The notes: generated from the letters alone by a model not told the origin. A stretch of DNA of 64,000 nucleotides from an uncultured Pseudomonadales bacterium (GCA_964583795.1 CAZOWX010000003.1:23978-87977); one strand, 5' to 3'. Shown: positions 38,020 through 47,966, counted from the first letter of the stretch. Translations and numbers: made by a program.

Positions 38020-38751
38020 ATGAAAATTTTACTCAGCAGCATAATAACAACTACTGACGATGGCGTAGTTGGTAGTAAAGCAACTAATTTAGCCCAATTG
38101 AATGATTTTGGTTTTATTGTCCCGTCATTTTTCGTTATTGAATTAGATTTAGGTGAAAAAGTTTCTCAATATAAAGATGAAATTCTTAAGCAGTTTGACA
38201 CGCTTCGCAGTGATGAAGTATCGGTGCGTAGTAGCTCTAGCGTTGAGGACTCAAAAAATTATAGCTTTGCCGGATTGTTTGATACTTACCTACATGTAAC
38301 AAGAGACCAAGTAATAGAAAAAATCGAAGCCTGTTTTGCTGCGGTTCGCAATCAACGGGTGGAGGAGTACTGCAAAGTAAATGGTATTGATGCTGACCTA
38401 GTCAAGATGGCAGTTATTGTGCAGACCATGATAAGTGCAGAGTATAGCGGTGTGTGTTTTACCAAAAATCCAGTGACCAATAACGAGAGTGAAATTATGA
38501 TAGAGGTAGCACAGGGGGATGGAGAGAACGTGGTAGCAGGAATTGTGACTCCGGATAATTTTGTGATTCAAAAAAATGACCTCACTTTCACCAATGAAAG
38601 TGCCAACTTGCCAGAATCAAAAACAGTTGCACAGCAAGTTGCATCAATCGCGAAAGAAATCGAGCACAAGTTTGGCTATTTTGCCGATATCGAGTGGTGT
38701 TTTAAGGATGGAGTGGTGTTTGTCTTGCAGGTGCGGCCGATTACGAGTTAG
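38020..38751 (+). CDS. stand-alone PEP/pyruvate-binding (ATP-grasp) domain protein
   Basis: GSKATNL, SVRSS..ED..SFAG, DIEW, LQVRPIT. Confidence 0.9.
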   Translation: MKILLSSIITTTDDGVVGSKATNLAQLNDFGFIVPSFFVIELDLGEKVSQYKDEILKQFDTLRSDEVSVRSSSSVEDSKNYSFAGLFDTYLHVTRDQVIEKIEACFAAVRNQRVEEYCKVNGIDADLVKMAVIVQTMISAEYSGVCFTKNPVTNNESEIMIEVAQGDGENVVAGIVTPDNFVIQKNDLTFTNESANLPESKTVAQQVASIAKEIEHKFGYFADIEWCFKDGVVFVLQVRPITS

Positions 38752-39427
38752 TCGATTTGTTTGCTGGGTTGATGTACCATACTTCTCCATAAGTAGGATC
38801 ATCCCAAGCAAACTCAAGAATTTCAGCAATGGCTCCCAAAACTTCTTCATGACAAACCATTAAGAAAGGGAATGTGTCAGCCAACTGAAAAACAGTGAAA
38901 AGTGCTTGTCTGACTCTTTCTCGCACCATATCAGGACTTTCCTCGCCCTCGTAGAACTGCATTCCGGCCTTCGCTTTGCGTTTCCAAGCTCGAAACCAAT
39001 TCTCACCTTCTAACATGTTTGCTTCCCAGCGAGCGTATGAGTTTGGCATTGTATCCGTGGGACCAATGACTTTGACATCGCGCAAGTCGGGTACTACTTG
39101 TTGCTTGCAGTTGATACCTGCTTTTGTCAGAGTATCAATAACAATCTCAGTCGTTTGCAGACAACGGCGTTTTGGACTGGTAAAAACAGTAAAGGAAGTA
39201 ATGTTGTGCTCCCGAAGGTACTGCACAATTTCATCAGCTGCAGCGACAACGATTTGTTTGCCTTTTTCTGTTAGTGTCCCTTCAACATTGTCGCCGCCGC
39301 GATCTTCTTCCGGTGTATATGCTGCTTGGCCATGACGCATAGCAATGAATGGATTTGAGAGTTCTGCACGAGTACTTTGAAATATCCGGGAACTCATTGG
39401 TTTACCGATACGTTCTGCAAGTGACAT
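38741..39427 (-). CDS. histidine phosphatase family protein
   Basis: RHG motif, SPKRRCLQT, GES, VCH. Confidence 0.88.
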   Translation of the reverse strand: MSLAERIGKPMSSRIFQSTRAELSNPFIAMRHGQAAYTPEEDRGGDNVEGTLTEKGKQIVVAAADEIVQYLREHNITSFTVFTSPKRRCLQTTEIVIDTLTKAGINCKQQVVPDLRDVKVIGPTDTMPNSYARWEANMLEGENWFRAWKRKAKAGMQFYEGEESPDMVRERVRQALFTVFQLADTFPFLMVCHEEVLGAIAEILEFAWDDPTYGEVWYINPANKSTNS

Positions 39428-39436
39428 AGGTTCCTT

Positions 39437-40471
39437 TTAAATGATTGTAACAGTGCCTTTTTCTCCGTCAATTTCCACTTCCTGACCATTTTTCAGGATT
39501 TCTGTGGCGCTGTGGGTGCCAACAACACAAGGAATTTTCATTTCACGCGCGATAATGGCAGCATGACTCAGGATCCCACCTTCGTCAGTAATAATACCTG
39601 AGGCTTTATGACACGCGATGGCAAGTTTGGGTTGGGTGCTTTCGCTGACTAATATGGCACCATGGGGCATTTTGGCCATGCACTCTTCTACATTTTGATT
39701 AGCAAGTGAGACGACATAGACTTTACCGCGAATGATGCCTTTACTGGCACCGAGTCCAGCTAATTGACTTACTATCTTTGAAGAGTTTGGCATGAGTTTC
39801 TGGAAGTTTTTTCGAGCTGTTTCACCATAAACGTACTGAAGTGAGCCGTCTGGATTTTTGGTGATTAGAAAATGGGATTTGCGCTCTACTAGTTGTGCTG
39901 AAGTGATTGGGGCAAGTGATAAGTGCAGGATTTCGTCAAAGTTTAAAAACTGGACATCACTTTTGGTGAGCTGATGTTGTTTGCCAATGAGTGTGGCAAC
40001 TTCATACAAATCTTCTGTTGCCAACACACACGTTTCAATAAATTGCAGGCGAAACTCTCCCACGATTTTGATGATTTTTTCATCTTTCATAGGGTGAAGT
40101 AGCGTCGTGTGAAACTCTTCAGTGGTAAAATACAGTCGGTAACTTTCAGCAAGGACAGTGCTTAGTCTGTCAAATAATGTGGATAATTGCCGCTCATTTT
40201 CATCCACTTTCTTCACTGATGCATGTAATTGTCGACCTTGCCCGGTGAGTTTTTTAGCACTCAAGAAAAGTTCAGCAATTTTTTCTTGATTCCTCAAATG
40301 GTGGAGACCTTTTTTGGCCAAGACTGGTAGCTCTTTTTGGGCGACAAACCCTTTGACTTTATGGTTTGTGTAGTAGACAAAAGATCGTGAACCACCCCAG
40401 TACGGTAGCCAAGTGCTGATCGAAAGGACTTTATCGAGTCCATCGGTGAAGATGTGTTGGTAGGAGGACAT
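39437..40471 (-). CDS. PEP-utilising enzyme, mobile (His-swivel) domain protein
   Basis: GGILSHAAIIAREMKIPCVVG. Confidence 0.9.
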   Translation of the reverse strand: MSSYQHIFTDGLDKVLSISTWLPYWGGSRSFVYYTNHKVKGFVAQKELPVLAKKGLHHLRNQEKIAELFLSAKKLTGQGRQLHASVKKVDENERQLSTLFDRLSTVLAESYRLYFTTEEFHTTLLHPMKDEKIIKIVGEFRLQFIETCVLATEDLYEVATLIGKQHQLTKSDVQFLNFDEILHLSLAPITSAQLVERKSHFLITKNPDGSLQYVYGETARKNFQKLMPNSSKIVSQLAGLGASKGIIRGKVYVVSLANQNVEECMAKMPHGAILVSESTQPKLAIACHKASGIITDEGGILSHAAIIAREMKIPCVVGTHSATEILKNGQEVEIDGEKGTVTII

Positions 40472-40688
40472 GATTGATAGTATATCGTATGTGGTATGGA
40501 GTATGTAGGGAGGAGAGAGTTAATAGTGGATAGTTGAACAGTTAATAGTTAGTTACAAGTTTAGAGTACAAGTTTTAGTTGGACTACGAATAATAAACTA
40601 TGGATAAGGTGATTGAATTGAGGAAGAGATGACCTGAGATTGATTCTGATAGCTTGTTGTTTATCCTGGTGTTAAAATTGGAATCACT

Positions 40689-41255
40689 ATGATCAAAATC
40701 AACGACACGCTTCCAGAAATTACGCTCGAAGCTTTTTACCAAGACAAATTTGAGAAAATTAATTTCGCTGACTATCGGGGTAAATGGTTAATTGTGTTAT
40801 TTTATCCGGCTGACTTTACTTTCATTTGCCCAACAGAGTTGGAAGAAGCAGCCAAAATGGAGAGCAAATTTAAAAATGAGGGAGCGCAACTGGTAAGTGT
40901 TAGTACTGATAGCGCGTATGTGCACAAGGCTTGGCATGATGAGTCGGCAGCAATTGGCAAAGTGAAATTTCCGATGTTGGCTGATCCTACGGGGAAAGTG
41001 AGCAGGATGTTTGGCTCATACATTGAGGACGAAGGGGTATCGCTTCGAACCACATTGATCATTAATCCCGATCAGAAACTCATTGCAATTGATATGCATG
41101 ATAACAGCATTGGTCGCTGTATTGATGAGATTTACCGCAAGTTCCAAGCGGCGAAGTTTGTCCATGACAATCACGGAGCGATAGTCTGTCCTGCAAGCTG
41201 GCGTCCAGGGGAGAAAACACTAAAACCTGGAATTGACCTAGTCGGAAAGATTTAA
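40689..41255 (+). CDS. ahpC: 2-Cys peroxiredoxin
   Basis: FYPADFTFICPTE and VCPASW. Confidence 0.95.
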   Translation: MIKINDTLPEITLEAFYQDKFEKINFADYRGKWLIVLFYPADFTFICPTELEEAAKMESKFKNEGAQLVSVSTDSAYVHKAWHDESAAIGKVKFPMLADPTGKVSRMFGSYIEDEGVSLRTTLIINPDQKLIAIDMHDNSIGRCIDEIYRKFQAAKFVHDNHGAIVCPASWRPGEKTLKPGIDLVGKI

Positions 41256-41280
41256 AATACTCCGATTTTGCTTGAGAGTT

Positions 41281-42033
41281 TTACTTCAAACTAAACTTCA
41301 TCATACTACCTCGATCAGTAACCAAGTAGATATATTGATTGTGGTCTTCGATGAATCCAACCAAGCAAGTTTCCATGGTAAGAGTGAACAATTTCCCTGA
41401 ATTATCTCGAGGATATGCGGTGAGGGTGGTGCGTTCTCTGTCTTCTCCCGAATCACACTCGCGATATGGTACAGGATTTGTCGCTTCCACCTTTTTTTGT
41501 TTTTTACTGTCAGTAAAAAAACGAGTTTGGATGACAAAAAGATGATCTGCTGAATTAATGACCTCTTCACCTTCAAGTGGGTGATAGTTTTCAAAATCCG
41601 TATTCACAGGAATTTCCCAATTGGTGCCGAAAGCATGCTTTTTTGAGGGGTTTGCTTTGTCAATAATCCAGTCAGTAGCTCCATCTTGTGTCCGTAAGGT
41701 TCCTGTTGCAGGGTCAATATAAACTCTTTTAGGTTTGTAGTAAGTAGAGAATTCTCCCCTGCCGCTATGTTCTTGGAGTTCAAAAACAATTTCGTTGTTT
41801 ATCACATCAAGATTGTTTACATCGACTTCCTTACCTCTGCGAATCTTTGGAGTATAGTATCCAATCAATTTTGGAGTAATCGCTCCTGGAGTGGTTGTGA
41901 GCTTGGGTTGTTGTGGAGTGTAGTATGTCCACGGGAGATACTCTTCACTTAAACCCCAAACAAAATAAGCAACCACAAGTGCGACACACGCTAAAGCAAG
42001 GTACTTAAAAAGTTTCTCAAAAAGTGGTTGCAT
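41281..42033 (-). CDS. membrane-anchored hypothetical protein
   Basis: N-terminal TM; 250 aa. Confidence 0.65.
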   Translation of the reverse strand: MQPLFEKLFKYLALACVALVVAYFVWGLSEEYLPWTYYTPQQPKLTTTPGAITPKLIGYYTPKIRRGKEVDVNNLDVINNEIVFELQEHSGRGEFSTYYKPKRVYIDPATGTLRTQDGATDWIIDKANPSKKHAFGTNWEIPVNTDFENYHPLEGEEVINSADHLFVIQTRFFTDSKKQKKVEATNPVPYRECDSGEDRERTTLTAYPRDNSGKLFTLTMETCLVGFIEDHNQYIYLVTDRGSMMKFSLK

Positions 42034-42171
42034 ACTGTCATTAAGTAAATCAGAAAGGGAGATAGTGTCAACAGGGGTCGAAGGGGGCGTTTAGCTGTAG
42101 TGACGCAATATGGATTGTTAGTGTATAGGTACATCTGATTGTAATTTTTTCTTGTAGTACAATAGCATGCA

Positions 42172-42633
42172 ATGATTGATATCAAGACAACGACCAGAAA
42201 ACAGGTTTTTCAAAAAATCGATGTAAATGGCGAAGAGGTAATGTCTTTTGACGATTTACCAGAAGATATTAAGCAAAAGCTGGATAAAAATGGGGATAAA
42301 CAAATCGATGTATTGCAACAGCTGGAAAATAACGAGTGGATACAACAGTTAGTATCAAGCAGTCTGGAAGTGAATGGAAAAAAGGTAGCAATCTGGGAAC
42401 ATGTGCCAAAAGCACTGCAACCATTAAAACAATTGACTGATCAGCTGCATGCAAATGACAATGAGCAGAGTGTAGAAATGAAGTTTGAACCGCTTGAGTC
42501 CACAAATTCTGAGAACAAGCCGATTCAAGTTTCTCATCCACTTGAAAGTCTTTGGACAAAGTTGATCGTGGCTTTCATTATTTTGGGAGTGTTCTTTTTT
42601 CTTTTTGCTAAAGACCTTCATGGGTGGAAGTAA
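42172..42633 (+). CDS. hypothetical protein with C-terminal TM
   Basis: 153-aa ORF; TACAAT just upstream. Confidence 0.6.
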   Translation: MIDIKTTTRKQVFQKIDVNGEEVMSFDDLPEDIKQKLDKNGDKQIDVLQQLENNEWIQQLVSSSLEVNGKKVAIWEHVPKALQPLKQLTDQLHANDNEQSVEMKFEPLESTNSENKPIQVSHPLESLWTKLIVAFIILGVFFFLFAKDLHGWK

Positions 42634-42656
42634 GAAATTCTGCTATAATCCACCTC

Positions 42657-43787
42657 ATGTCACTTTCTGTTGGTATTGTTGGTCTACCCAATGTTGGCAA
42701 GTCCACACTCTTTAACGCATTATTAAAGCGCCAGGTTGCGCTGGCGGCGAACTACCCGTTTGCCACCATTGATCCAAACACTGGTATTGTGCCGGTGCCA
42801 GATGATCGATTAGCAGTACTTGCCAAGATTGTTCAGACTTCAGTTTTGAAACCCGCAACAGTAGAGTTTGTGGATATTGCAGGTCTTGTCAAAGGGGCAA
42901 GTGAAGGAGCAGGACTGGGTAATCAATTTTTATCTCATATTCGTGAGACTGATTTGATTTGTCATGTCGTGCGAGGTTTTAGTGATAACGATGTCATCCG
43001 CGAGGGAAGTGTTGACCCAAAAACCGACAGAGAGACGATCGAAACTGAGTTATTACTTGCTGACTTATCCACTTTAGAAAAACAAAAAGCACCTAAAAGT
43101 GCAGTGACACCGGCTGAAAAAGAGCGTTGGAATATTATTTCTGAACTAAAAGCTGCCGCTGATACTGGATTGCGAAGTGAGGTGTTTAAGGTGAGTATAA
43201 AAAGTGAAGAACATGCCAAAGTCGCCAAAGAACTATCACTTTTATCAACAAAAGTGATGTTGTATGTGGTGAATGTGGATGAAGGGGAGGTAGGTGAAAG
43301 GTGTTCCCCCTCCGCTGAAAGCTCCGGAGGGACGCAGCAGTTGTCAGGTGTCAGGGAGATTGCCAATGAGTTGGGAGTAACTGAAAACCAAGTTGTAGTG
43401 ATTAGTGCGAAGATTGAGTCAGAGCTGTCTTCACTGTCTGAGGAAGACCAAAAGATGTACTTGAAAGATTTAGGATTAGAACAAAGCGGATTAGAACGAT
43501 TGATTCAGAAAGCGTATCAACTGTTAGGACTGCAAAGTTTCTTGACAGCCGGAGAGCTGGAAGTGCGGGCTTGGACCATCAAACATGGCACCAAAGCTCC
43601 TCAAGCAGCGGCTGTGATTCACACTGATTTTGAAAAACACTTTATCAAAGCCAATGTCGCTTCATACGATGATTTTGTGGAACTCAACGGGTGGAAAGGT
43701 GTCAGAGACGCTGGCAAGATGCGAATGGAAGGAAAAGAGTACGTCATGCAGGAAGGGGACGTGGTGGAGTTTATGATAGGGAAGTAG
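42657..43787 (+). CDS. ychF: ribosome-binding ATPase YchF
   Basis: GLPNVGKSTLFN, NYPFATI, DIAGLV, C-terminal TGS domain. Confidence 0.97.
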   Translation: MSLSVGIVGLPNVGKSTLFNALLKRQVALAANYPFATIDPNTGIVPVPDDRLAVLAKIVQTSVLKPATVEFVDIAGLVKGASEGAGLGNQFLSHIRETDLICHVVRGFSDNDVIREGSVDPKTDRETIETELLLADLSTLEKQKAPKSAVTPAEKERWNIISELKAAADTGLRSEVFKVSIKSEEHAKVAKELSLLSTKVMLYVVNVDEGEVGERCSPSAESSGGTQQLSGVREIANELGVTENQVVVISAKIESELSSLSEEDQKMYLKDLGLEQSGLERLIQKAYQLLGLQSFLTAGELEVRAWTIKHGTKAPQAAAVIHTDFEKHFIKANVASYDDFVELNGWKGVRDAGKMRMEGKEYVMQEGDVVEFMIGK

Positions 43788-43791
43788 ATAC

Positions 43792-43828
43792 AACGAATAG
43801 AAACGAATGAGAACGAATGGAAGCGAAT
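43792..43828 (+). repeat. 10-nt-period repeat (A(A/G)CGAATnnA)
   Basis: AACGAATAGA AACGAATGAG AACGAATGGA AGCGAAT; related tracts at 44475-44515 and 47299-47335. Confidence 0.85.
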
Positions 43829-43885
43829 GATTGCGAGACTGTAAAGTGTGGGGTGTTAGATCAAACCGGAACAAGAAAAAAGGTG

Positions 43886-44155
43886 TTAGTATACTTGGTT
43901 ATGGGAACCTACGTCATAAAAACGGATGGTGTCATGCTCAATTCGATATATTACCCTGATGTCTCCCGTAACTGAAAACGAACGAAATGTTTTGAGTGAA
44001 CCAGTGAGTGGGTGATCTCTCAGTAGAGGATTAGGGTTATGTGGATTTTTCAAAAACGCTTGCAGCCTTTGTTCAAATTTTGCTTTCAAGTTCTTATAAG
44101 GGAAAACTCTTTGTTCTAAATGCTTCTGGAAATTTTTCTGATATTTAATCGTCAT
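43886..44155 (-). CDS. RelE/YafQ-family toxin
   Basis: LRDHPLTG..FRSFSVTGDIRVIY...VGSHNQVY. Confidence 0.9.
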   Translation of the reverse strand: MTIKYQKNFQKHLEQRVFPYKNLKAKFEQRLQAFLKNPHNPNPLLRDHPLTGSLKTFRSFSVTGDIRVIYRIEHDTIRFYDVGSHNQVY

Positions 44156-44429
44156 GAAGCCCTAACTGCTCAAAAAATTCTTGGGCAGAAGAAGCTGTGA
44201 AGACATTTTTATTATTATCAAAATCTTTATCCATCGCATTATATCTACGATCATTTTTTTCTGACAACTTGATCGTTTTTGACCAACCGATGGAAATGCG
44301 CTTGCTGGAGAGTTGAGTCAAAAAAACACGGACCGCTTCCTGAAGAGAAGAGAATCCCTGAGCCATAGCTGCCTGGGTCGCGGCTTGCTTTAAGTCACTA
44401 GTAATGGGTACCTGGAGTGTTGTTTTCAT
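44145..44429 (-). CDS. RelB/DinJ-like antitoxin
   Basis: RHH-like N-terminus; overlaps the toxin start. Confidence 0.8.
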   Translation of the reverse strand: MKTTLQVPITSDLKQAATQAAMAQGFSSLQEAVRVFLTQLSSKRISIGWSKTIKLSEKNDRRYNAMDKDFDNNKNVFTASSAQEFFEQLGLHDD

Positions 44430-44520
44430 AATATTATTATATTGTTTTGATATTATTTTGTCAAGGAGTTAGAGAGCGAATGGAAACGAATGAGAACGAA
44501 AAAGAACGAATGGAAGGTTT

Positions 44521-45423
44521 TTACAAGGCTAGTAACACAATCCCAATCACCACCAATCCAATTGGTACCATCCTTTCCCGAATTTTTTCCCGAAAAAACA
44601 ATTTTCCAAACACTGCGCTAAAGACGATGCTGCTGCGTTTGAGCGAGATAGTGATGACTGAAGAAGCGATGAGCCCCTGAGACAGATACTGGAAAAGAGA
44701 AGAGGTTCCCTCCAGAATTCCAACCGGTGCTAAAATTTTAATGTCACTCCCATTTTTGAGAATTCTCAGTTGGCTTTTGTTTTCCCTGATTAATAAAACA
44801 AAATAGAGAAGTGTTAGTAATGCATAGCTTATGCCGGTGTAAAACAGTGGATTGCTATCAGTGATCCCGATTTTATGGAGTGAGCCAGCAAAACCCCAGA
44901 GAATGGAAGTCATCAGCATGTAGCGAACTCCGATGTTTTGGTAAATTTGTTTGATCGGAGCCAAGAGTTCAACTTTTCCTTTTTGAATATTGAGCCAGTA
45001 GGCGCCGGTAATGATCAGCATAATTCCTAGCAGCGCCAACGATGAAACAGTTTGATGAAAAAACAGAAATGAGATGATCAGGACAAATACTGGGGTAAAT
45101 GCCAGCATTGGCAGTGATAGTGATAAATCAGTGAACTTGAGGGATTTGAGATAAAAAATATAGCCGTAGAAATCGAGAGCCGTGACAGCGGCGAAAATGA
45201 CGATCAATTCCAGAGAAATAAAATTAGGGATTGAGAATAAAGCCAGGGGAACCGTTACGACCGAGGCAAACAACATCCAGGTAAAAGTGATCAGGGTCTC
45301 TGAGTACGAAGAAGTATCTTTTTTAGCCAGCACATTTTTGATCGAGTCAAAAAAACCAGCGAGAAGACCAAAGAGAATGCCAATGGACCAATTATACTTG
45401 TCGTCAAAAGCATTGACGGACAT
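44521..45423 (-). CDS. EamA/DMT family transporter
   Basis: About 10 TMs in two repeats; LFFREK. Confidence 0.88.
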   Translation of the reverse strand: MSVNAFDDKYNWSIGILFGLLAGFFDSIKNVLAKKDTSSYSETLITFTWMLFASVVTVPLALFSIPNFISLELIVIFAAVTALDFYGYIFYLKSLKFTDLSLSLPMLAFTPVFVLIISFLFFHQTVSSLALLGIMLIITGAYWLNIQKGKVELLAPIKQIYQNIGVRYMLMTSILWGFAGSLHKIGITDSNPLFYTGISYALLTLLYFVLLIRENKSQLRILKNGSDIKILAPVGILEGTSSLFQYLSQGLIASSVITISLKRSSIVFSAVFGKLFFREKIRERMVPIGLVVIGIVLLAL

Positions 45424-45464
45424 GTTTTTCTGTTATAACATAACGTTATAACGAAAGGTGTATC

Positions 45465-45776
45465 ATGTCAGGAAAACTCAAATACCAAAAAATCATCAAA
45501 GTTGGCAACAGTTTAGCCGTGACGCTGGACCGTGACTTTGTGACGCAAACTGGTGTGAAGCATGGCGATGAAGTAGCCGTGAACTATCAGGCTGACCAGA
45601 AGGTGGTCAGTTATGCTCCAGTAGAGCCGTCTGGTGCAATGGAAGTAGCTGAGTCGATGGAGAAGTACAACGCGAAGGCGAAAGTGGCTGCGGTAGTGAC
45701 GCCTGAGCTGGAAGAGTGGACAGAGAACTTTATCGAGGAAAATAAGCAAGCACTCAAAAAGTTGGCAAACCTATGA
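45465..45776 (+). CDS. AbrB/MazE-type antitoxin
   Basis: KIIKVGNSLAVTL; overlaps the doc gene (ATGA). Confidence 0.85.
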   Translation: MSGKLKYQKIIKVGNSLAVTLDRDFVTQTGVKHGDEVAVNYQADQKVVSYAPVEPSGAMEVAESMEKYNAKAKVAAVVTPELEEWTENFIEENKQALKKLANL

Positions 45777-46171
45777 CGAATTTTCAAGCGCTTACCATTG
45801 AAGTTGTTCTTTTTATCCATGAGCATATTATTGCTAAGGCTGGAGGAAAACAAGGAATCAGAGATTTTGCCTTGCTTCATAGTGCTCTTGAACGATGCAA
45901 AGTCACTTTCGGTGGAGAGGATTTGTACCCCACACTACTTCAGAAAACTGCGGCGTTGTGGCACTCGATGACGATGAACCACCCTTTTTTGGATGGAAAC
46001 AAGCGGACGGCTTTTGCAACAGTTTCACGGTTTTTATATCTCAATGGTTATCAGATTACTGCCTCTCAAGACGAAATAGTGCGGATTTGTATCAGCGTCG
46101 ACAATGACGGGCTGAAGTTGAGTGAAATTGTGAGTTGGTTGGAAAAGAACACTAAAGACTATAGACTATAG
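45773..46171 (+). CDS. doc: Doc/Fic family toxin
   Basis: HPFLDGNKRT motif. Confidence 0.92.
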   Translation: MTNFQALTIEVVLFIHEHIIAKAGGKQGIRDFALLHSALERCKVTFGGEDLYPTLLQKTAALWHSMTMNHPFLDGNKRTAFATVSRFLYLNGYQITASQDEIVRICISVDNDGLKLSEIVSWLEKNTKDYRL

Positions 46172-46321
46172 ACTAAGTACTTGTTGTTGGCCAATTCCTC
46201 TGGTACAATACCCATCACAACTTTAACACTTGCCGTTGCCATCCCAAACCTTCCAGGTGAAGGAGTCCATTAAGCCTAGCAACAGCACAGTTATCCCGCA
46301 ACGCGGGAAAGAAGGGCCCTT

Positions 46322-46666
46322 ATGATCAAAACATACGAATTTGTTGTCTTGTTTTCTCCAGAACTTAGCGAGAGTGAGTTACAAACCACTCAAGAGTCAC
46401 TGATTTCATTGGTAAAAAAACACAAAGGGAAAGTTGGGTCTGTAGAGACTTGGGGAAAGCGACCATTAGCCTACGCGATCAACAAATTTACCGAAGCAAA
46501 TTACCTCTTCTTTGTTCTTGAGCTCGATACTTCAGCAGTTGAACCTTTCACAAAAGACGTCAAGCTTAACACAAGTGCTATCCGTTCTTTGCTTGTGATT
46601 CAAGAACCCCACTATAAAAAGGGTACGGCAACTGAAGAGCACGTTCAATCGGAAAAATCCGAGTAG
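46322..46666 (+). CDS. rpsF: 30S ribosomal protein S6
   Basis: YE..., WGKRPLAYAI; rpsF-ssb-rpsR gene order. Confidence 0.95.
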   Translation: MIKTYEFVVLFSPELSESELQTTQESLISLVKKHKGKVGSVETWGKRPLAYAINKFTEANYLFFVLELDTSAVEPFTKDVKLNTSAIRSLLVIQEPHYKKGTATEEHVQSEKSE

Positions 46667-46790
46667 CCGATGTCAGATTCTTGTCATAATCGGGAGTATA
46701 CTAATAGTTACACATACCAATAAACCAGAGATGAAGAGTCGAGCGGTTATTATCTGATTCGAAATGCTCTCTGAGAAAAAAGGAGTACAC

Positions 46791-47294
46791 ATGTCAGTTC
46801 GATCACTCAATAAAGTGATGATAATAGGCAATCTCACTCGAGATCCACAGATGCGATTCACCCCGACAGGGACCGCTGTGTCAACCTTTGGCATTGCCAC
46901 AAATCGCAGCTGGGTACCTGGAGATGGCGGTGAGCGACAAGAAGAGACTGAGTTTCACAATATTGTGGCTTGGTCAAAGTTAGCGGAAATTTGTGGGCAG
47001 CTGCTACACAAAGGTGACAAAGTCTACGTTGAAGGAAGAATCCGTACTCGAGATTGGAAAACTCAGGAAGGTGATGATCGTCGAACCACAGAGATCATTA
47101 TTGATAACATGATGTTGTTGAGTTCTCGTGGTGGATCAGCGGGCGGATATGCGTCGAGTGATATGGGGTCAGGAACGTCTGATGCTGGGACTCGTGGAGC
47201 TTCACAGCAGTCTGGAAAATCGAGTTCGACAGTCGCACCTGAGCCAGCTGAAGAAGTAGCGGTTGAAGACGTCAGTGACGACATCCCATTTTAA
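46791..47294 (+). CDS. ssb: single-stranded DNA-binding protein
   Basis: LNKVMIIGNLTRDP; C-terminal DDIPF. Confidence 0.98.
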   Translation: MSVRSLNKVMIIGNLTRDPQMRFTPTGTAVSTFGIATNRSWVPGDGGERQEETEFHNIVAWSKLAEICGQLLHKGDKVYVEGRIRTRDWKTQEGDDRRTTEIIIDNMMLLSSRGGSAGGYASSDMGSGTSDAGTRGASQQSGKSSSTVAPEPAEEVAVEDVSDDIPF

Positions 47295-47426
47295 AAATAA
47301 CGAATAGAAGCGAATAAAAACGAATGTAAGCGAATTGTAGAATTATGAGATTAGGCCTATTTATTAACAAGTAATTCATAATAAACGAATTTATATATTT
47401 GTTTAAATTCGAAAAGGTAAAAATTT

Positions 47427-47663
47427 ATGTCAAAGCTTTTTCAAAAGAAACGTCGAAAAAACTTGCCTCAGGTTAAAAAAGCACCCGCAAGTTTGAGTTT
47501 CGACTACAAAGATGCTCGCACTTTGCAGCGCTACCTAAGTGAACATGGTGCTATTGAGGGGCGCGATCGGACAGGGTTATCAAATAAACAACAACGTCAG
47601 CTATCTCGAGAGATTAAACGTGCTCGACACCTGGGGATGATGCAGTTTACGCAGACACTGTGA
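47427..47663 (+). CDS. rpsR: 30S ribosomal protein S18
   Basis: DYKD..LQRYLSE.G, QRQLSREIKRAR. Confidence 0.95.
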   Translation: MSKLFQKKRRKNLPQVKKAPASLSFDYKDARTLQRYLSEHGAIEGRDRTGLSNKQQRQLSREIKRARHLGMMQFTQTL

Positions 47664-47670
47664 TAGATTA

Positions 47671-47723
47671 GGTTCTAGGTTCTAGGTTCTAGGTTCTAGG
47701 TTCTAGGTTCTAGGTTCTAGGTT
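47671..47723 (+). repeat. (GGTTCTA)x7 tandem repeat
   Basis: Read directly. Confidence 0.95.
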
Positions 47724-47966
47724 TTGGGCGGAGAGTGTAGAGTGCGAAATGTGGATTATAGATTGTGGATGATGGATTTTTTGTACTTGGCTTGAGAGAA
47801 TAGACTTGTAGCTTGTCATTTTGACAGGCTCAATGTAAAAGCTTGCTTGCCCGCCGTAGCTTTACTGTGTCCTCTCGTAGTCCCGCAGTGCGGGACGAAG
47901 TGGGAGCGGAGGAGGGTAGCTTGTATCTCGTCAACTTCCCCTTATTATCAAAAAGAAGAGAAGCTT

